From: a virus
Lineage: Duplodnaviria; Caudoviricetes
Virus record (IMG/VR): IMGVR_UViG_3300005937_000199
Span: 1 to 64,000 of that record
DNA length: 64,000 nucleotides
Strand: one strand, 5' to 3'
Shown here: positions 27,301-35,745 of the stretch, one piece after another
Numbering within the stretch: position 1 is the first letter of the stretch
Layout: every line of letters starts with the position of its first letter
Notes under the pieces: generated by a model
Told to the model about the DNA's origin: nothing
Seen by the model: only the letters and a program-made list of their open reading frames with translations
The model's database searches: none
Program-made: the position numbers and the translations under genes

Positions 27301-29065
27301 CAAGAAGCGCATCACCAAGATCGTCAAGGGCGCTGAGGGCCTGCTCGGGACTGACGAGTTCGTTGATGTCGAAGAGACGCTGAAGGATCTCGCCGTCATC
27401 ATGAGGAAGGTCCGCAACCTCGGCAAGATCACCAAGAAGGTCAAGCCGGTTGCTGAAGTGCTGGATGTGGCGACTCGCGAGGGTGGTCTGCTCGACCAGT
27501 TGCGAAGCGGGATTGAGCGGCGTGTTGCACAAGCCAGCTTGAAGCTGCGTCAGCGTACGCTCGCCGTCGTCGGTGGCACTCGGCGTGCACCGCGTGTTGG
27601 CGAGCAGTTGTCCGGCGAGGCGCTGGCAGGCGAGGAGTTGAAGCTCGCGCAGGAGCAGCGTGCCGACCTGCTGACCGAACAGCGGCAGATTGCCAGGGAA
27701 CTTGAAGCTGCACAGCGACGACTGAAGCGTAAGAAGCTGAGCCGGACACAGCGCAATCTGATCCAGGCGCAGGTCAACAACCTGCAAACCAGGATGGATG
27801 AGTCGCAGGACGCTGTGCAGCAGAACGTCGAAGACATCTTTGCTGCACAGGAAGCTGTCACTGCGGCGGCTGCCGAAGCGCTCCAGAAGCGGATCGATGA
27901 GCAGACCAAGCTTGTTGATGACATCAGGAGCCGGTTTGCTCGACGTACTGCGGCCAACGAGATCTTCCGGCGCATGGCGTCGGCACTCGGCAACGCGGAC
28001 TGGCTGAGGTCGATCAACGCTGAGCAGAGCAACATCCTCACGCAGCAGGCCAACGAGCTTGAGGGCCGCATCGCTGCTGCCCGTGGAGCCGGTGCCAACG
28101 AACTTGCTGATCAGCTTGAGCAGGATGTTGCTGATCTGCGTGCCCAGGTGTTCGAGTTGGCGCAGCAGGCGATCAAGGATGCAGTGGACGCTATCAACAA
28201 CGCTGCTACTCGAAGACTAGGCCACCTCGATCTCTTCCAGCGCATGGCAGACGTGGTTGGCACCATCGGTGGCGCGGTTGGCTTCAGCCCGCTCGTGTCT
28301 GGTCTGATCGGGCAAGGCCCGCTCAACCGGCAGGGCATCCTCCAGCAGCGGGGTGCAGCACTCTCGCAGCAGTACGGTGGACTCGTTGGCCAGCTTGGCG
28401 CTGCACAGACGGCTGGCAATGTCGGCCTGGTGGCTGAACTTACCGACCAGCTTGCTGAGCTTGAAGTCGCGATGGCCGAGAACACGAAGGCGCAGCGTGA
28501 TCTCAAGGAGTCGCAGGCGGCTGAGGCGTTCGACTACAACACGTCGATCATCGATCTGAAGACGCAGTTGCTAGATGCCACTGATGCTGTCACTGGCCAG
28601 ACATCGACGGCTGAGAAGCTAGCGCTGGTGCAGGAAAAGCAAGCGCTCCTGGTGGCCCGTGGCAACGAGCTTCAACAGTTCCTCAACGACGCCAAAGCAC
28701 GCGGCGACGACAAGGCTGTGCAGGATCTCACCAAGCAGCTACTTGAAAACCAGATTGCCACGGTCAACAACACGAAGGCGATCAACGAGGTCACCGGCCA
28801 GGGCCAGGCTCCGCAGTCGTTCTCCTCACCCATGTGGCAGTGGTTCCGGACGGCGCTGTTCGGCGGGACGGGCAACATCCTCCCGCAGTACCAGTTGCCA
28901 AGCTCCTCGATGGCCTTCACGTCCGGCAACACTTCTACCGCCACCACCAGCAACGGTGGCAACACTTACAACACCACCATCGAAGTCAATGAGGCTGGTG
29001 GGCCTGTTGATCCCACCCAAATCGGAAGCGCGGTCGTGTTCGCTCAGTCAACGGCATCCAACTAG
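21329..29065 (+). CDS. Tape measure protein with peptidase-like and SLT transglycosylase domains
   Basis: 2578 aa helical/amphipathic repeats; SDHKWGGAID...HIHLSW (~26280-26560) and RESGFDPNAVNNWD...SKGLIQTI...NPLDNVLAAIRYI (~26760-27050). Confidence 0.92.
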   Translation: MNEMEYILRIVLRARDELAAGLAKARTQIRGFKNDIEGMDKATANLNKTLHDFDGNMANITKKLDAWRSTLRGIDKDGKDLAKTFDGVGKAAEASARKTVQVARTQEQLQKQARALRDEVRELHKARQQEAVDADFAATKYKSLAKQLQEVSLRMSDAARTKSPAHYWAQEATEAAEQIKDVNKEIESDLRDHEARKRKVKQDALAQEKRTAREVVSFWQELHKELVKDEEAHAAAVSKIHQDEADQAVRIEQARHQREAEIRRTADAADRRLAEAKRKREEENAARQVELARMQGRLAAITERARAGRRTADDATELRQLAKDYDRLAQSVKHNHEEFRRWAGQAQRIRTYLTALGHDADRNTSRFGRFSAALRGSGDNIATLDNRLRGIILLGVAAFLEQLITAVAGLGGELVALAGSAAQAGGALGGILAAGAAQALPVIGLLAGAVSRVNSVMEAFQQNQKLQQAQATDAEKGQQKAIDQANALASAHDQVASANERLTEARKDLTKAQKDGQEQLEDLTLAEKEAALAARGAALNVKDAQEALRQAVAGGASATEVQQRQLAVEEAKLAATKAGRDARRARGERAAAGGDIGNLEGVQNAAKAVKDAERAAASAGRGLEQAEDKANRAAGSTMTAAANLNYLLSQMSPAERKLYTALNRIYKDYQKIFIGDRKKSGIYGTIISSFADAVNRVDQIMKMPRVRRTLQSLSNEIGRQIRKVTSALTSEGELDQLMQITKDARENLGPITDMAIKLADAFTNIAVTANPAFQALLEYLGPIVDKFLALTEDSDKMEDFFSTGEEHLEAWLDLLGAIGGLFAALFGASADTGKKSVEDLTKTIKDWTDWIESHRDRVQKFFEDAYKVVKLIGGVLEELAVQLAETFNPEHLEKFAKFFEDTLLPAVFGFIRTVGDLTDIVLTFVNTGIGSFITKAGIFLVLFGVMSSSILGVVGNIKKMIGIFGSAVTALGKLGGAADEVGDALGGLGDEDEDDDGRKRKRKRKVRPRAAPRAPTPPPPTPAPGGGAPKAGGLGGLLRGFGGGAAAGAGGAAGAAAAPAAAGAAVPLGIAAAVLLAVAAVGLLLDHFGKLDDVWKGIKDTANEFMEDIEPAVKTLQDALDDLGIHFGSLEDVIDGVWKVLEGLAEFISVYLIETIKGLGKVIGGVVTGLIYIISGVINLIHGVVDVLIGFGRIIVGIFTLDWDQIKKGLNQILDGLEEMVKGAIQILGGIIIGIIKIFEGLWKLFLTPFKAAWAAVKKWFGIDSPSKKAIELAEAIIDGIKEGLKALGRALTWPFRKAWGLIKDIFGAEKVEKFGKDVIGFLADGFRKGVDVVKKGATWVWGRVKEAFGKALEFGKNIAGAIVDGLKTLPDLLKDAVEAVGSKFIDVGKKIGGKIVEGVKSVVSFINPFDDDDDKKKKPAPKQQPTQRQNATRANVDQAVIPFGAKDLETAQTMWSEFWKQMRASAKSGTDAIQREFRQMRISTTQSADRMYRDIRASIADIQNSFRTRSTSILNNWTDKWYNIDKVAHDGLSYIARETNKALKGLDEKQVSFGLAAPKKADDGKAAGGFIGRMGQRGRDRGFYALGAGEAVLNWMHQRVVEPAMNAFYGFGLNEMFGRTRGHHAGGPGQGGFAAGGIVPIPGFPGESIHSSILGDVLKLVKQYKLTIYDGLGGSPPHAANSDHKWGGAIDAGPGPGGSWDLVDKLAAWAEPTQGNPRSPFRWVGYNGDPNHGRGNHIHLSWIKGKTLGAVGDIVTTIMRRIVTGDDGSLKTIIQSALDKTRKVANKFLDSKATIPVTEGYEGKKVKGVLTEAQVQSTIRKALNILDITTSVALWVKALTRQAHRESGFDPNAVNNWDINAQRGDPSKGLIQTIGATFSRFKFPGHDNIFNPLDNVLAAIRYIIATYGGGDADRGAQVIWGRGGGAYREGGVVPGGDGQPRHIMAHAGEWVLNKIQQSRVANMLGLSRGGLGSMLGFYGGPFGFAGGGEVKKRITKIVKGAEGLLGTDEFVDVEETLKDLAVIMRKVRNLGKITKKVKPVAEVLDVATREGGLLDQLRSGIERRVAQASLKLRQRTLAVVGGTRRAPRVGEQLSGEALAGEELKLAQEQRADLLTEQRQIARELEAAQRRLKRKKLSRTQRNLIQAQVNNLQTRMDESQDAVQQNVEDIFAAQEAVTAAAAEALQKRIDEQTKLVDDIRSRFARRTAANEIFRRMASALGNADWLRSINAEQSNILTQQANELEGRIAAARGAGANELADQLEQDVADLRAQVFELAQQAIKDAVDAINNAATRRLGHLDLFQRMADVVGTIGGAVGFSPLVSGLIGQGPLNRQGILQQRGAALSQQYGGLVGQLGAAQTAGNVGLVAELTDQLAELEVAMAENTKAQRDLKESQAAEAFDYNTSIIDLKTQLLDATDAVTGQTSTAEKLALVQEKQALLVARGNELQQFLNDAKARGDDKAVQDLTKQLLENQIATVNNTKAINEVTGQGQAPQSFSSPMWQWFRTALFGGTGNILPQYQLPSSSMAFTSGNTSTATTSNGGNTYNTTIEVNEAGGPVDPTQIGSAVVFAQSTASN

Positions 29066-29077
29066 GAGACAAGGAGC

Positions 29078-30190
29078 ATGTCAAGGGATTGTTACGAAAC
29101 CACGGTCGCGTTGCCGGACGCGACTGGCGTGCTGAAGGCGCTTGCAGGCGTCAAGGTGTCCGTGGTGCCACGCGCCGCCCAGGACGTGCCGAACTCTCTG
29201 GTCGATGTGTTCGTGAGCGATACCGGCGCGACTCGCGGCCCCGACCCGAAGTGCGGAGCTACTGGTACCAACCCGATGACCACTTCGGCCTCGGGCGCAA
29301 TCCGCTTTTGGGCGGAAGGCCCGTATGAGTACGATCTGGTGTTCGAGGACACACAGGCTCCGGCGCGTATTGCCGACCGGGTGGGCTGGAACGCTGTCCC
29401 GGCCAAGGCGGGGTCGATTCCGACAAGCTTCTTGGCAGAGGATGCCGGGATCACGCAGAAGATGCTCGGCCCGGTCGTCGTCCGCCAGCAGGTTCCCATC
29501 GGCTGCGTGATCGAGTGGTGGCGTCCGGCAGCATCCGGCGCAGCAGTGCCCTATCCGGATGGCTTCGAGGTCGCTGACGGTCACGCTGTCACTCAGCACG
29601 ACTTCCCTGGCATCACGGGTGGCATTGCGGTGCCGAATCTCCAGAACGTCTTCATCCTCGGTGCCAGTACCAATAAGGCTGATGGTGCTGGCGCAGCGCA
29701 GACCAACGCAGCGACCGATGGCCCTGGCATCCGTGGTCCGGGTGGCTCGAATGCGGGCAGGAATCTTGCTCACGGTCACACGACTCCGCAGGCCGATCAC
29801 TGGCATTACTTCGACGTGCCGAACCACTACCACCTCGCGGGTGCTCTCACCACTGCCGACCACTTGCACAGTGGCGGCTCGTTGTACGTCAACGGGCACA
29901 ATCGCTACGCCAATGCACAGTGGGGTGGCAGCAACGAGGCACACGCGCTGGCCAATTCCATCTCCGGCATCGGCGGCGGTACCACGGGTGCCGCAGATCG
30001 CACCCTGACGGTCGGTGGCAACACGGACTGGGTGTCTGGTGCCAACCGCTCGACTACGCTCTGGTTGAGCAGCAGTTCTGGCATTGGCAACGTGGCTTCC
30101 AATGGCACCACGTGGACGGCCGACCCCGGCACCGACTTCCGACCGCAGTTCTACGGCCTGCTCCGGCTGATCAAGGTAAGGAGGGCATGA
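29078..30190 (+). CDS. Minor tail protein with tail-collar domain
   Basis: VPIGCVIEWW...PDGFEVADG...PNLQNVFILGA, then H-x-H repeats. Confidence 0.7.
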   Translation: MSRDCYETTVALPDATGVLKALAGVKVSVVPRAAQDVPNSLVDVFVSDTGATRGPDPKCGATGTNPMTTSASGAIRFWAEGPYEYDLVFEDTQAPARIADRVGWNAVPAKAGSIPTSFLAEDAGITQKMLGPVVVRQQVPIGCVIEWWRPAASGAAVPYPDGFEVADGHAVTQHDFPGITGGIAVPNLQNVFILGASTNKADGAGAAQTNAATDGPGIRGPGGSNAGRNLAHGHTTPQADHWHYFDVPNHYHLAGALTTADHLHSGGSLYVNGHNRYANAQWGGSNEAHALANSISGIGGGTTGAADRTLTVGGNTDWVSGANRSTTLWLSSSSGIGNVASNGTTWTADPGTDFRPQFYGLLRLIKVRRA

Positions 30191-30444
30191 TGGAGAGCGA
30201 AGACATGAGTCAGTACCTCACCGAAGACCCGGACTTCGAGCTACCGCCTCCGGTGGAACTGCCTGTTGAGCCGGTTGTCAAGTTCAACCCGGTGCCACCG
30301 CCAGTGGAGAGCATCGGTAAGGGCGACCACTTCGAGGCCGAGACGGCGATGATCGCCTACAAGGCTGGCAAGCCGCTTCAGGACGGAGAGCCGACCCCGC
30401 CGCCACCCCCGCCGCCGCCACACCCTGAGCAACTGCCCTCCTAG
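30187..30444 (+). CDS. Small Pro-rich hypothetical protein
   Basis: ATGA coupling, AGGAGG RBS. Confidence 0.55.
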   Translation: MMESEDMSQYLTEDPDFELPPPVELPVEPVVKFNPVPPPVESIGKGDHFEAETAMIAYKAGKPLQDGEPTPPPPPPPPHPEQLPS

Positions 30445-30450
30445 ACGATC

Positions 30451-33400
30451 ATGCCCGCCGCCCCAACCATCACATCGCTGCAAACGGTGCTCGCCGGTCT
30501 AGCCGGTGGTAGCCCGTCTGGCAGTCTCACTGGCACCAAGAAGTCCGGCCCGACCGGCATCGAGTCGATCATCGAGTACCGGAGCAAGTCGCCGGTCTAT
30601 CTCAATGTGGCCGATTGGGTGGACACGTTCCTCGTGATCACCATCAACGGACTTGACAGTGCTGACCTGCGCGCCTCGGCTACGCCGAACCCTGGCGAGC
30701 ATGGTGAGACGCCGAACGATGCGCTGTGGGGCGGGCGGACACTCGTGCTGGTGGGCAAGCAGTTCGCACACACGATCTGGAAGCTGCGCGATATGCAGCA
30801 GGGGCTTCGCGCATCCTTCCTGGAGATCAAGACCGAGTACCCGCTGATCTTCCACGCCGCCGACCCGGCCAACGATCTGATGATCATGTGCAGGCTGGCT
30901 GACAAGATCAACATCCCGGATCAGCAGACGACGCGCAACGAGTACCAACGCGACTTCCAGATCCCGTTGCGCGCCAGCAACCCGCGCTTCCTCAGCGTGA
31001 TCCGCCAAATCGCGGCGATGACGGACCTGTCGTCGGTGGTCATGTTCACGACCGACAATGTGCCGACCGTCGAGAACTTCACGCTGCCTGCTGGATTGCT
31101 ATCAAGCTACACAGCACAAGGTGACGGCTTCACGCAGGGCAGCGACTACCTGATCCAAGCTGACACGTTGCGCAACATGATCACCAACCCGCGTGGTGAT
31201 GGTGCTTCGGGTCCGCTGCAAGCCGTGAGCGGCAACTACGACTGGGATGTCGGTCCTGGTACTGGTGTCGGCAACATCACCGTGCAAGCTGCTGGTGGGC
31301 CGTACATCCTGACTGTCAACTCACCTGCCTATGAGATGACAGTGGCGGGCAGCGCATCGCGCGTCCAGGGTGAGATCGAATTCCAGACGGTCGGTGGCGC
31401 GCTCGGTTCGCCGGTTAGCGGCGGTGAGAAGCTGCGCATCACCGGCTGGATCACCTTCCCCACGACGCCTGCACCGGAAGTTGCAGTTGGCGTGGCAGTG
31501 CGTTGGTGGATCTATCCGCAGGTTGCGGGGCCGGTTCGTGTGCTGGCACCAGTTCCATTGACAGACGCAGGCTACGTGCTCCCTGCTCAGGCGTGGAGTA
31601 ATTCCGGTTGGTATCGCATCGACACGACGATCACGGTCCCCTCGCAGGCAGGCGTCAACGCCTTCCCAGCACCACTGATCTACTTCCAGTGCCCGAATGG
31701 CAACAAGATCGCTACCACCTTCAAGGTGCGCGTCTCCGAGCCGATGCTCGATCTCGACCGTGGTCCGACGCGCGGTGCGTCGTACGGCGATGGCACATTC
31801 GTTGGTTGGATGTATGAAGGTCAGGCCAAAAATTCGATCTCGCGCCGTCGTATGACGGTTGCCAACATGCTGTCCAACACCAGGGCGTACTTGCTCAACC
31901 CGCCTGACATCGGTGTTGCTCAGGTCAGCTTCGGCGGCATTCAGGACTGGGGCCGAATTCAGGACGCCACACCGGCCAATATGAACAACTACGTTGCTCA
32001 TGACACCTGGTGGTATCTGGAGAGCAACGGGGCCGGACAAGCGGGTGCAGCGGTGCCCGTTCCGCCAGCCGATGAACTGCGCAAGCCGATGACGTTCAAC
32101 AGCGGCTCGGTGCGTGTGGCTGAGAAGACTCCATACAGCTTCAGCTTCTATGTGCGCGCCGCAACGGTGCCACGGCGGATCTACGTCCGCTTCGTGTTCG
32201 GTGGCACCGGCAACGGCGTCGTTCTGCCAGATGCCGTGCGACTTGTTACTTCGGTTCCGGCTCAGGTACATGGTGCTGATGGCAAGGATGCAGTCGGTGA
32301 GTGGCGACGTTTTTGGGCTGATGTGACCACGCCTGCTGGGGCGGTCGAGGCGTTCGCGCAGATCTACTTCAGCACCGACGATGTGAATCCCATCCCGGCT
32401 GGTGAACGGCACTACGTCAGTGCAGTGATGTTCCGTGGTGGCGCAGGCCCTCGTCCCTATATCGATGGCTCCGGCACTGTCATGGGTACGCGACCGACGC
32501 CCGATTACACCTGGGCTGGTACTGCCTGGGCCAGTCCGACGCTCGGGCCATGGGGCACGCGCAACCTGCTCGCTGACAGCGATAACAACAAGCCTGATAC
32601 AACGACCTACACGCCCGTGTCCAGCACGCTGGTGAAGGTGTCCTCTGGCGGTGCTGGTGGTGCGGGCGGTGCGTTCGTGCGTGCGACCTATGACGCGACA
32701 TCGGGTGGCACTTCGATGGGCCTCTCGAACAACGCCTTCGTTGCCGAGCGCGTTCAGCACACTGTCATGGCGCATGTCAAGATCCCGCAGGGGAAGATCG
32801 GTGGGCGCAAGGTCGCACTCGATGTCTGGTGGTACCAGGACACGGTGACGCCAGCTACCAAGCTGGGTGCTGCAACGTCACCGGACTTCTTCATCAGCAA
32901 CGACTGGACGCAGATCAAGATGGAGAACGTGATCGTGCCTGACAAGGCGACGATTGCGGCGCTGCGAGTCGTGTTGCGGGACCCGATGCCTGGCGACCAG
33001 CTTGATATCGACCGGATGGCGGTGATCAACCTGCCGACCGCTGCCAGTTGGTTTGGCATGAACGCCGAGTTCACCCGACCAGCCGATCCAGCTTCCTCAT
33101 ACGGCGAGGCGTTCCGCTACAACTACACGGTCGCTCAGACCTCGCGCAACTTCACGGAGTGCCAACAGACGGTCAAGTTGTTGCTGCCGCTGACGAACAC
33201 GGGTGTCGATGACATGGTGCACCTGACGGTCGCCTACGTCGATGATGACAACCAGATTTACGTCACGCTGGAGAATCCGAACGTGCTGGCGATCATCCGG
33301 CGCGATCTCGGTGTGGTCACTACCTTGGCGACGATGACGGTTGCCGACCAACTGAACAACGCTCCGTACTACGTCCGCGCTCGGCTCTCCGATGGCGTGG

Positions 33401-34527
33401 TCTTCGCTGAGTCGGCCACCTACGATCTGGACGCGCCGCCTGCTGGCAGCGTGGCTCCTAACGCGCTCAAGGTCACGCTGGCTGACAACGACACCTTGAA
33501 GTACCAGGACGTGCTGTTGCCGATGCGGGTCGGCATTCAGGCGGTCGGTGGCAACTGGATTGTCGATGAGTGGCGCTACTACAGCCTGACCGAGCCACAG
33601 GGCTGGAACGTCTATCGCGGTAAGGGCACGATCACGGTCAAGGGCAGCAGGCTCGCGCCGCTCAACAAGGACGAGAAGCTGCTGACGCGCGCTGGACTGA
33701 CCTACAAGGTTGCCGATGCGAAGATCTCGGCCAAGCTGCGCTACGAGACGCAGCCGACAGCAGCCGAAGGCAGCTTCGATGGCGGTGTTGCTGCCAAGGT
33801 GCTTGACAAGGACAACTTCATCGCAGCGACGATTCTCGGCAAGGCGGTCGGCACGGCTGGCCTGGTGTCGATGAATCTCTACAAGGTTGACAACGGTGTC
33901 CGTAGCAATCTCGATATCGGCCAACTCGGTTCCTTCGCCGTGGCGACCGACAACTGGGTTCGCATCGTCATGGTCGGCAACAGCATCACGGCTGAGCGTT
34001 GGACGACTGATCCGGCCTTGGGCGGTGCCCCGTATGACACGGTGACCAACGTGCTGGCCGGAGCCGACGCGGCGAAGTTCGGCGCTGGCGTCAAGGGTGA
34101 GTTCGGGATCTACTGGCCCAACCCCCAGCCGGTCGGTGTGTGCTCGATAGACGACTTCTCGTTCACACTTGCCAACTTTGATGACATCGCCTACTCGATT
34201 CGCAACAACGGCAACTTCGAGGCACAAACGACGATCAGTCTGACCGGGCCGATGACCAACCCGCGTGTCACCAATGAGGCGAACAACACATCGTTCCTGA
34301 TCAACGGGACGATCCCGACTGGCGAGGTGTGGGTGCTGGAGAACGACGGTCCCAGCAAGCGCATGTACCGCAAGAGCGACGGTGCCAACCGCTTCTCGTA
34401 CCTCGATGCGACTTCGATGTGGATCATGCTGGAGCCGAACGGCGTGCCCAACAACATCCGGCTTACGGCAACTGCCCTGGCGGCTGGCTGGGATATGGGT
34501 GTCCAGTGGCGTCACACGTACATGTAA
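30451..34527 (+). CDS. Distal tail protein (Dit) with large carbohydrate-binding-like insertions
   Basis: Dit-like N-terminus (GGRTLVLVG...FQIPLRASNPRF) and C-terminus (IRNNGNFEAQTTISLTGPMTNPRVTN...WIMLEPNG.NNIRL) flanking ~1050 aa of beta-sandwich-like sequence. Confidence 0.75.
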   Translation: MPAAPTITSLQTVLAGLAGGSPSGSLTGTKKSGPTGIESIIEYRSKSPVYLNVADWVDTFLVITINGLDSADLRASATPNPGEHGETPNDALWGGRTLVLVGKQFAHTIWKLRDMQQGLRASFLEIKTEYPLIFHAADPANDLMIMCRLADKINIPDQQTTRNEYQRDFQIPLRASNPRFLSVIRQIAAMTDLSSVVMFTTDNVPTVENFTLPAGLLSSYTAQGDGFTQGSDYLIQADTLRNMITNPRGDGASGPLQAVSGNYDWDVGPGTGVGNITVQAAGGPYILTVNSPAYEMTVAGSASRVQGEIEFQTVGGALGSPVSGGEKLRITGWITFPTTPAPEVAVGVAVRWWIYPQVAGPVRVLAPVPLTDAGYVLPAQAWSNSGWYRIDTTITVPSQAGVNAFPAPLIYFQCPNGNKIATTFKVRVSEPMLDLDRGPTRGASYGDGTFVGWMYEGQAKNSISRRRMTVANMLSNTRAYLLNPPDIGVAQVSFGGIQDWGRIQDATPANMNNYVAHDTWWYLESNGAGQAGAAVPVPPADELRKPMTFNSGSVRVAEKTPYSFSFYVRAATVPRRIYVRFVFGGTGNGVVLPDAVRLVTSVPAQVHGADGKDAVGEWRRFWADVTTPAGAVEAFAQIYFSTDDVNPIPAGERHYVSAVMFRGGAGPRPYIDGSGTVMGTRPTPDYTWAGTAWASPTLGPWGTRNLLADSDNNKPDTTTYTPVSSTLVKVSSGGAGGAGGAFVRATYDATSGGTSMGLSNNAFVAERVQHTVMAHVKIPQGKIGGRKVALDVWWYQDTVTPATKLGAATSPDFFISNDWTQIKMENVIVPDKATIAALRVVLRDPMPGDQLDIDRMAVINLPTAASWFGMNAEFTRPADPASSYGEAFRYNYTVAQTSRNFTECQQTVKLLLPLTNTGVDDMVHLTVAYVDDDNQIYVTLENPNVLAIIRRDLGVVTTLATMTVADQLNNAPYYVRARLSDGVVFAESATYDLDAPPAGSVAPNALKVTLADNDTLKYQDVLLPMRVGIQAVGGNWIVDEWRYYSLTEPQGWNVYRGKGTITVKGSRLAPLNKDEKLLTRAGLTYKVADAKISAKLRYETQPTAAEGSFDGGVAAKVLDKDNFIAATILGKAVGTAGLVSMNLYKVDNGVRSNLDIGQLGSFAVATDNWVRIVMVGNSITAERWTTDPALGGAPYDTVTNVLAGADAAKFGAGVKGEFGIYWPNPQPVGVCSIDDFSFTLANFDDIAYSIRNNGNFEAQTTISLTGPMTNPRVTNEANNTSFLINGTIPTGEVWVLENDGPSKRMYRKSDGANRFSYLDATSMWIMLEPNGVPNNIRLTATALAAGWDMGVQWRHTYM

Positions 34528-34533
34528 ATCGAG

Positions 34534-35745
34534 ATGACAAAATGGCGCTTCAACTTGCGGTACTCCAAAGACCTGTCGCTGATCGGGGAGTTGACCGCTG
34601 CCCGCAACAAGTCGCTGAACCTGTCGCATAACTCGCCTGGCTCTGCCAACTGGGATTACTCGATGAGCGGCCAGTACAGCAACCTGATCACGCCGTACTC
34701 GACAGCGATCAGCGCCGAGCGCTACAACTGGCGGGCGACCAAGGTGCTCAACGACGCAGGTACCAAGGGTCAGGTGTGGGACTGGATCTGGTCCGGCTTT
34801 GTCATGCCGATTGACGAGGACTGGACCAACGACACGATGAAGATCTCGTGCATGGGCTGGGCGCAGCGCATGGCAATGAGGATGATCCGGCGTGACAAGA
34901 CGTGGACCGGCGTCGATGATGCGACGATCTTCCAGGACACGCTGGCCGAGATGAACCTGGCCAACATCCCCTACCAGGACGGCTCGACCTATCCGGTGCC
35001 CACGGTGATTGGATCGAATCCTGCTACGCCAACATGGATGGCATGGGGCGGGACGATGCCGAACGAGGGTGCGGGCGGCGCGACAGCCTACCTCGCACGC
35101 ACAGCCGCACAGATCAACGCGCCGATTACGGTGACGAAGCAGCGCTTCCAGATGGTGATGCCGATCTGGAACGAGCTATCAGACCTTGAGTCCGGCTGCG
35201 ACTGGTGGGTTGATCCACGTACCAGGTTGCTTTACATCTATCGCAAGAAGTGCACGGTGCGCAACCACGTCGTGGCGTTCAAGTGGGGGCCAAACAACCT
35301 CGGCCAGTTCACGCGCAACATCGCCGCCGATCAGAAGACCAACTGCCACATCACCACAGGTCAGCAGGGCCTCGCTCCCGGCATCGCGGACAACACGGCC
35401 GACCAGGCGGTCAACGGCCTGATCGACGGCCTGACGCAGTTGTCGGATGTCAACAACACTAGCATCTTGATTGCCAACTCTGGTGCGGAGATCATCCTCC
35501 GTGCCAACGGCAAGATCACGTACGGCATCACGCCGTTCGCCTACGTGGGCGACATCAACCGCGTGCCGAACTCGGTGCCTGAGCCGTTCGTGGACTACGA
35601 TCCGGTATGGGACGAACTCAAGTTGACTGCCATCCACCCGTATCGTGGCTCGATCAACCTTCAGACCGTACGCTGCTACGGCTGCCAGGTCAACATCGAT
35701 GAGGAGAACAACGAGCAGTTGTCCTCGCTTCAGGTGGCACCATGA
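34534..35745 (+). CDS. Tail hub / Tal-like minor tail protein
   Basis: Follows Dit; WSGFV...MKISCMGWAQRMAMR pattern. Confidence 0.7.
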   Translation: MTKWRFNLRYSKDLSLIGELTAARNKSLNLSHNSPGSANWDYSMSGQYSNLITPYSTAISAERYNWRATKVLNDAGTKGQVWDWIWSGFVMPIDEDWTNDTMKISCMGWAQRMAMRMIRRDKTWTGVDDATIFQDTLAEMNLANIPYQDGSTYPVPTVIGSNPATPTWMAWGGTMPNEGAGGATAYLARTAAQINAPITVTKQRFQMVMPIWNELSDLESGCDWWVDPRTRLLYIYRKKCTVRNHVVAFKWGPNNLGQFTRNIAADQKTNCHITTGQQGLAPGIADNTADQAVNGLIDGLTQLSDVNNTSILIANSGAEIILRANGKITYGITPFAYVGDINRVPNSVPEPFVDYDPVWDELKLTAIHPYRGSINLQTVRCYGCQVNIDEENNEQLSSLQVAP

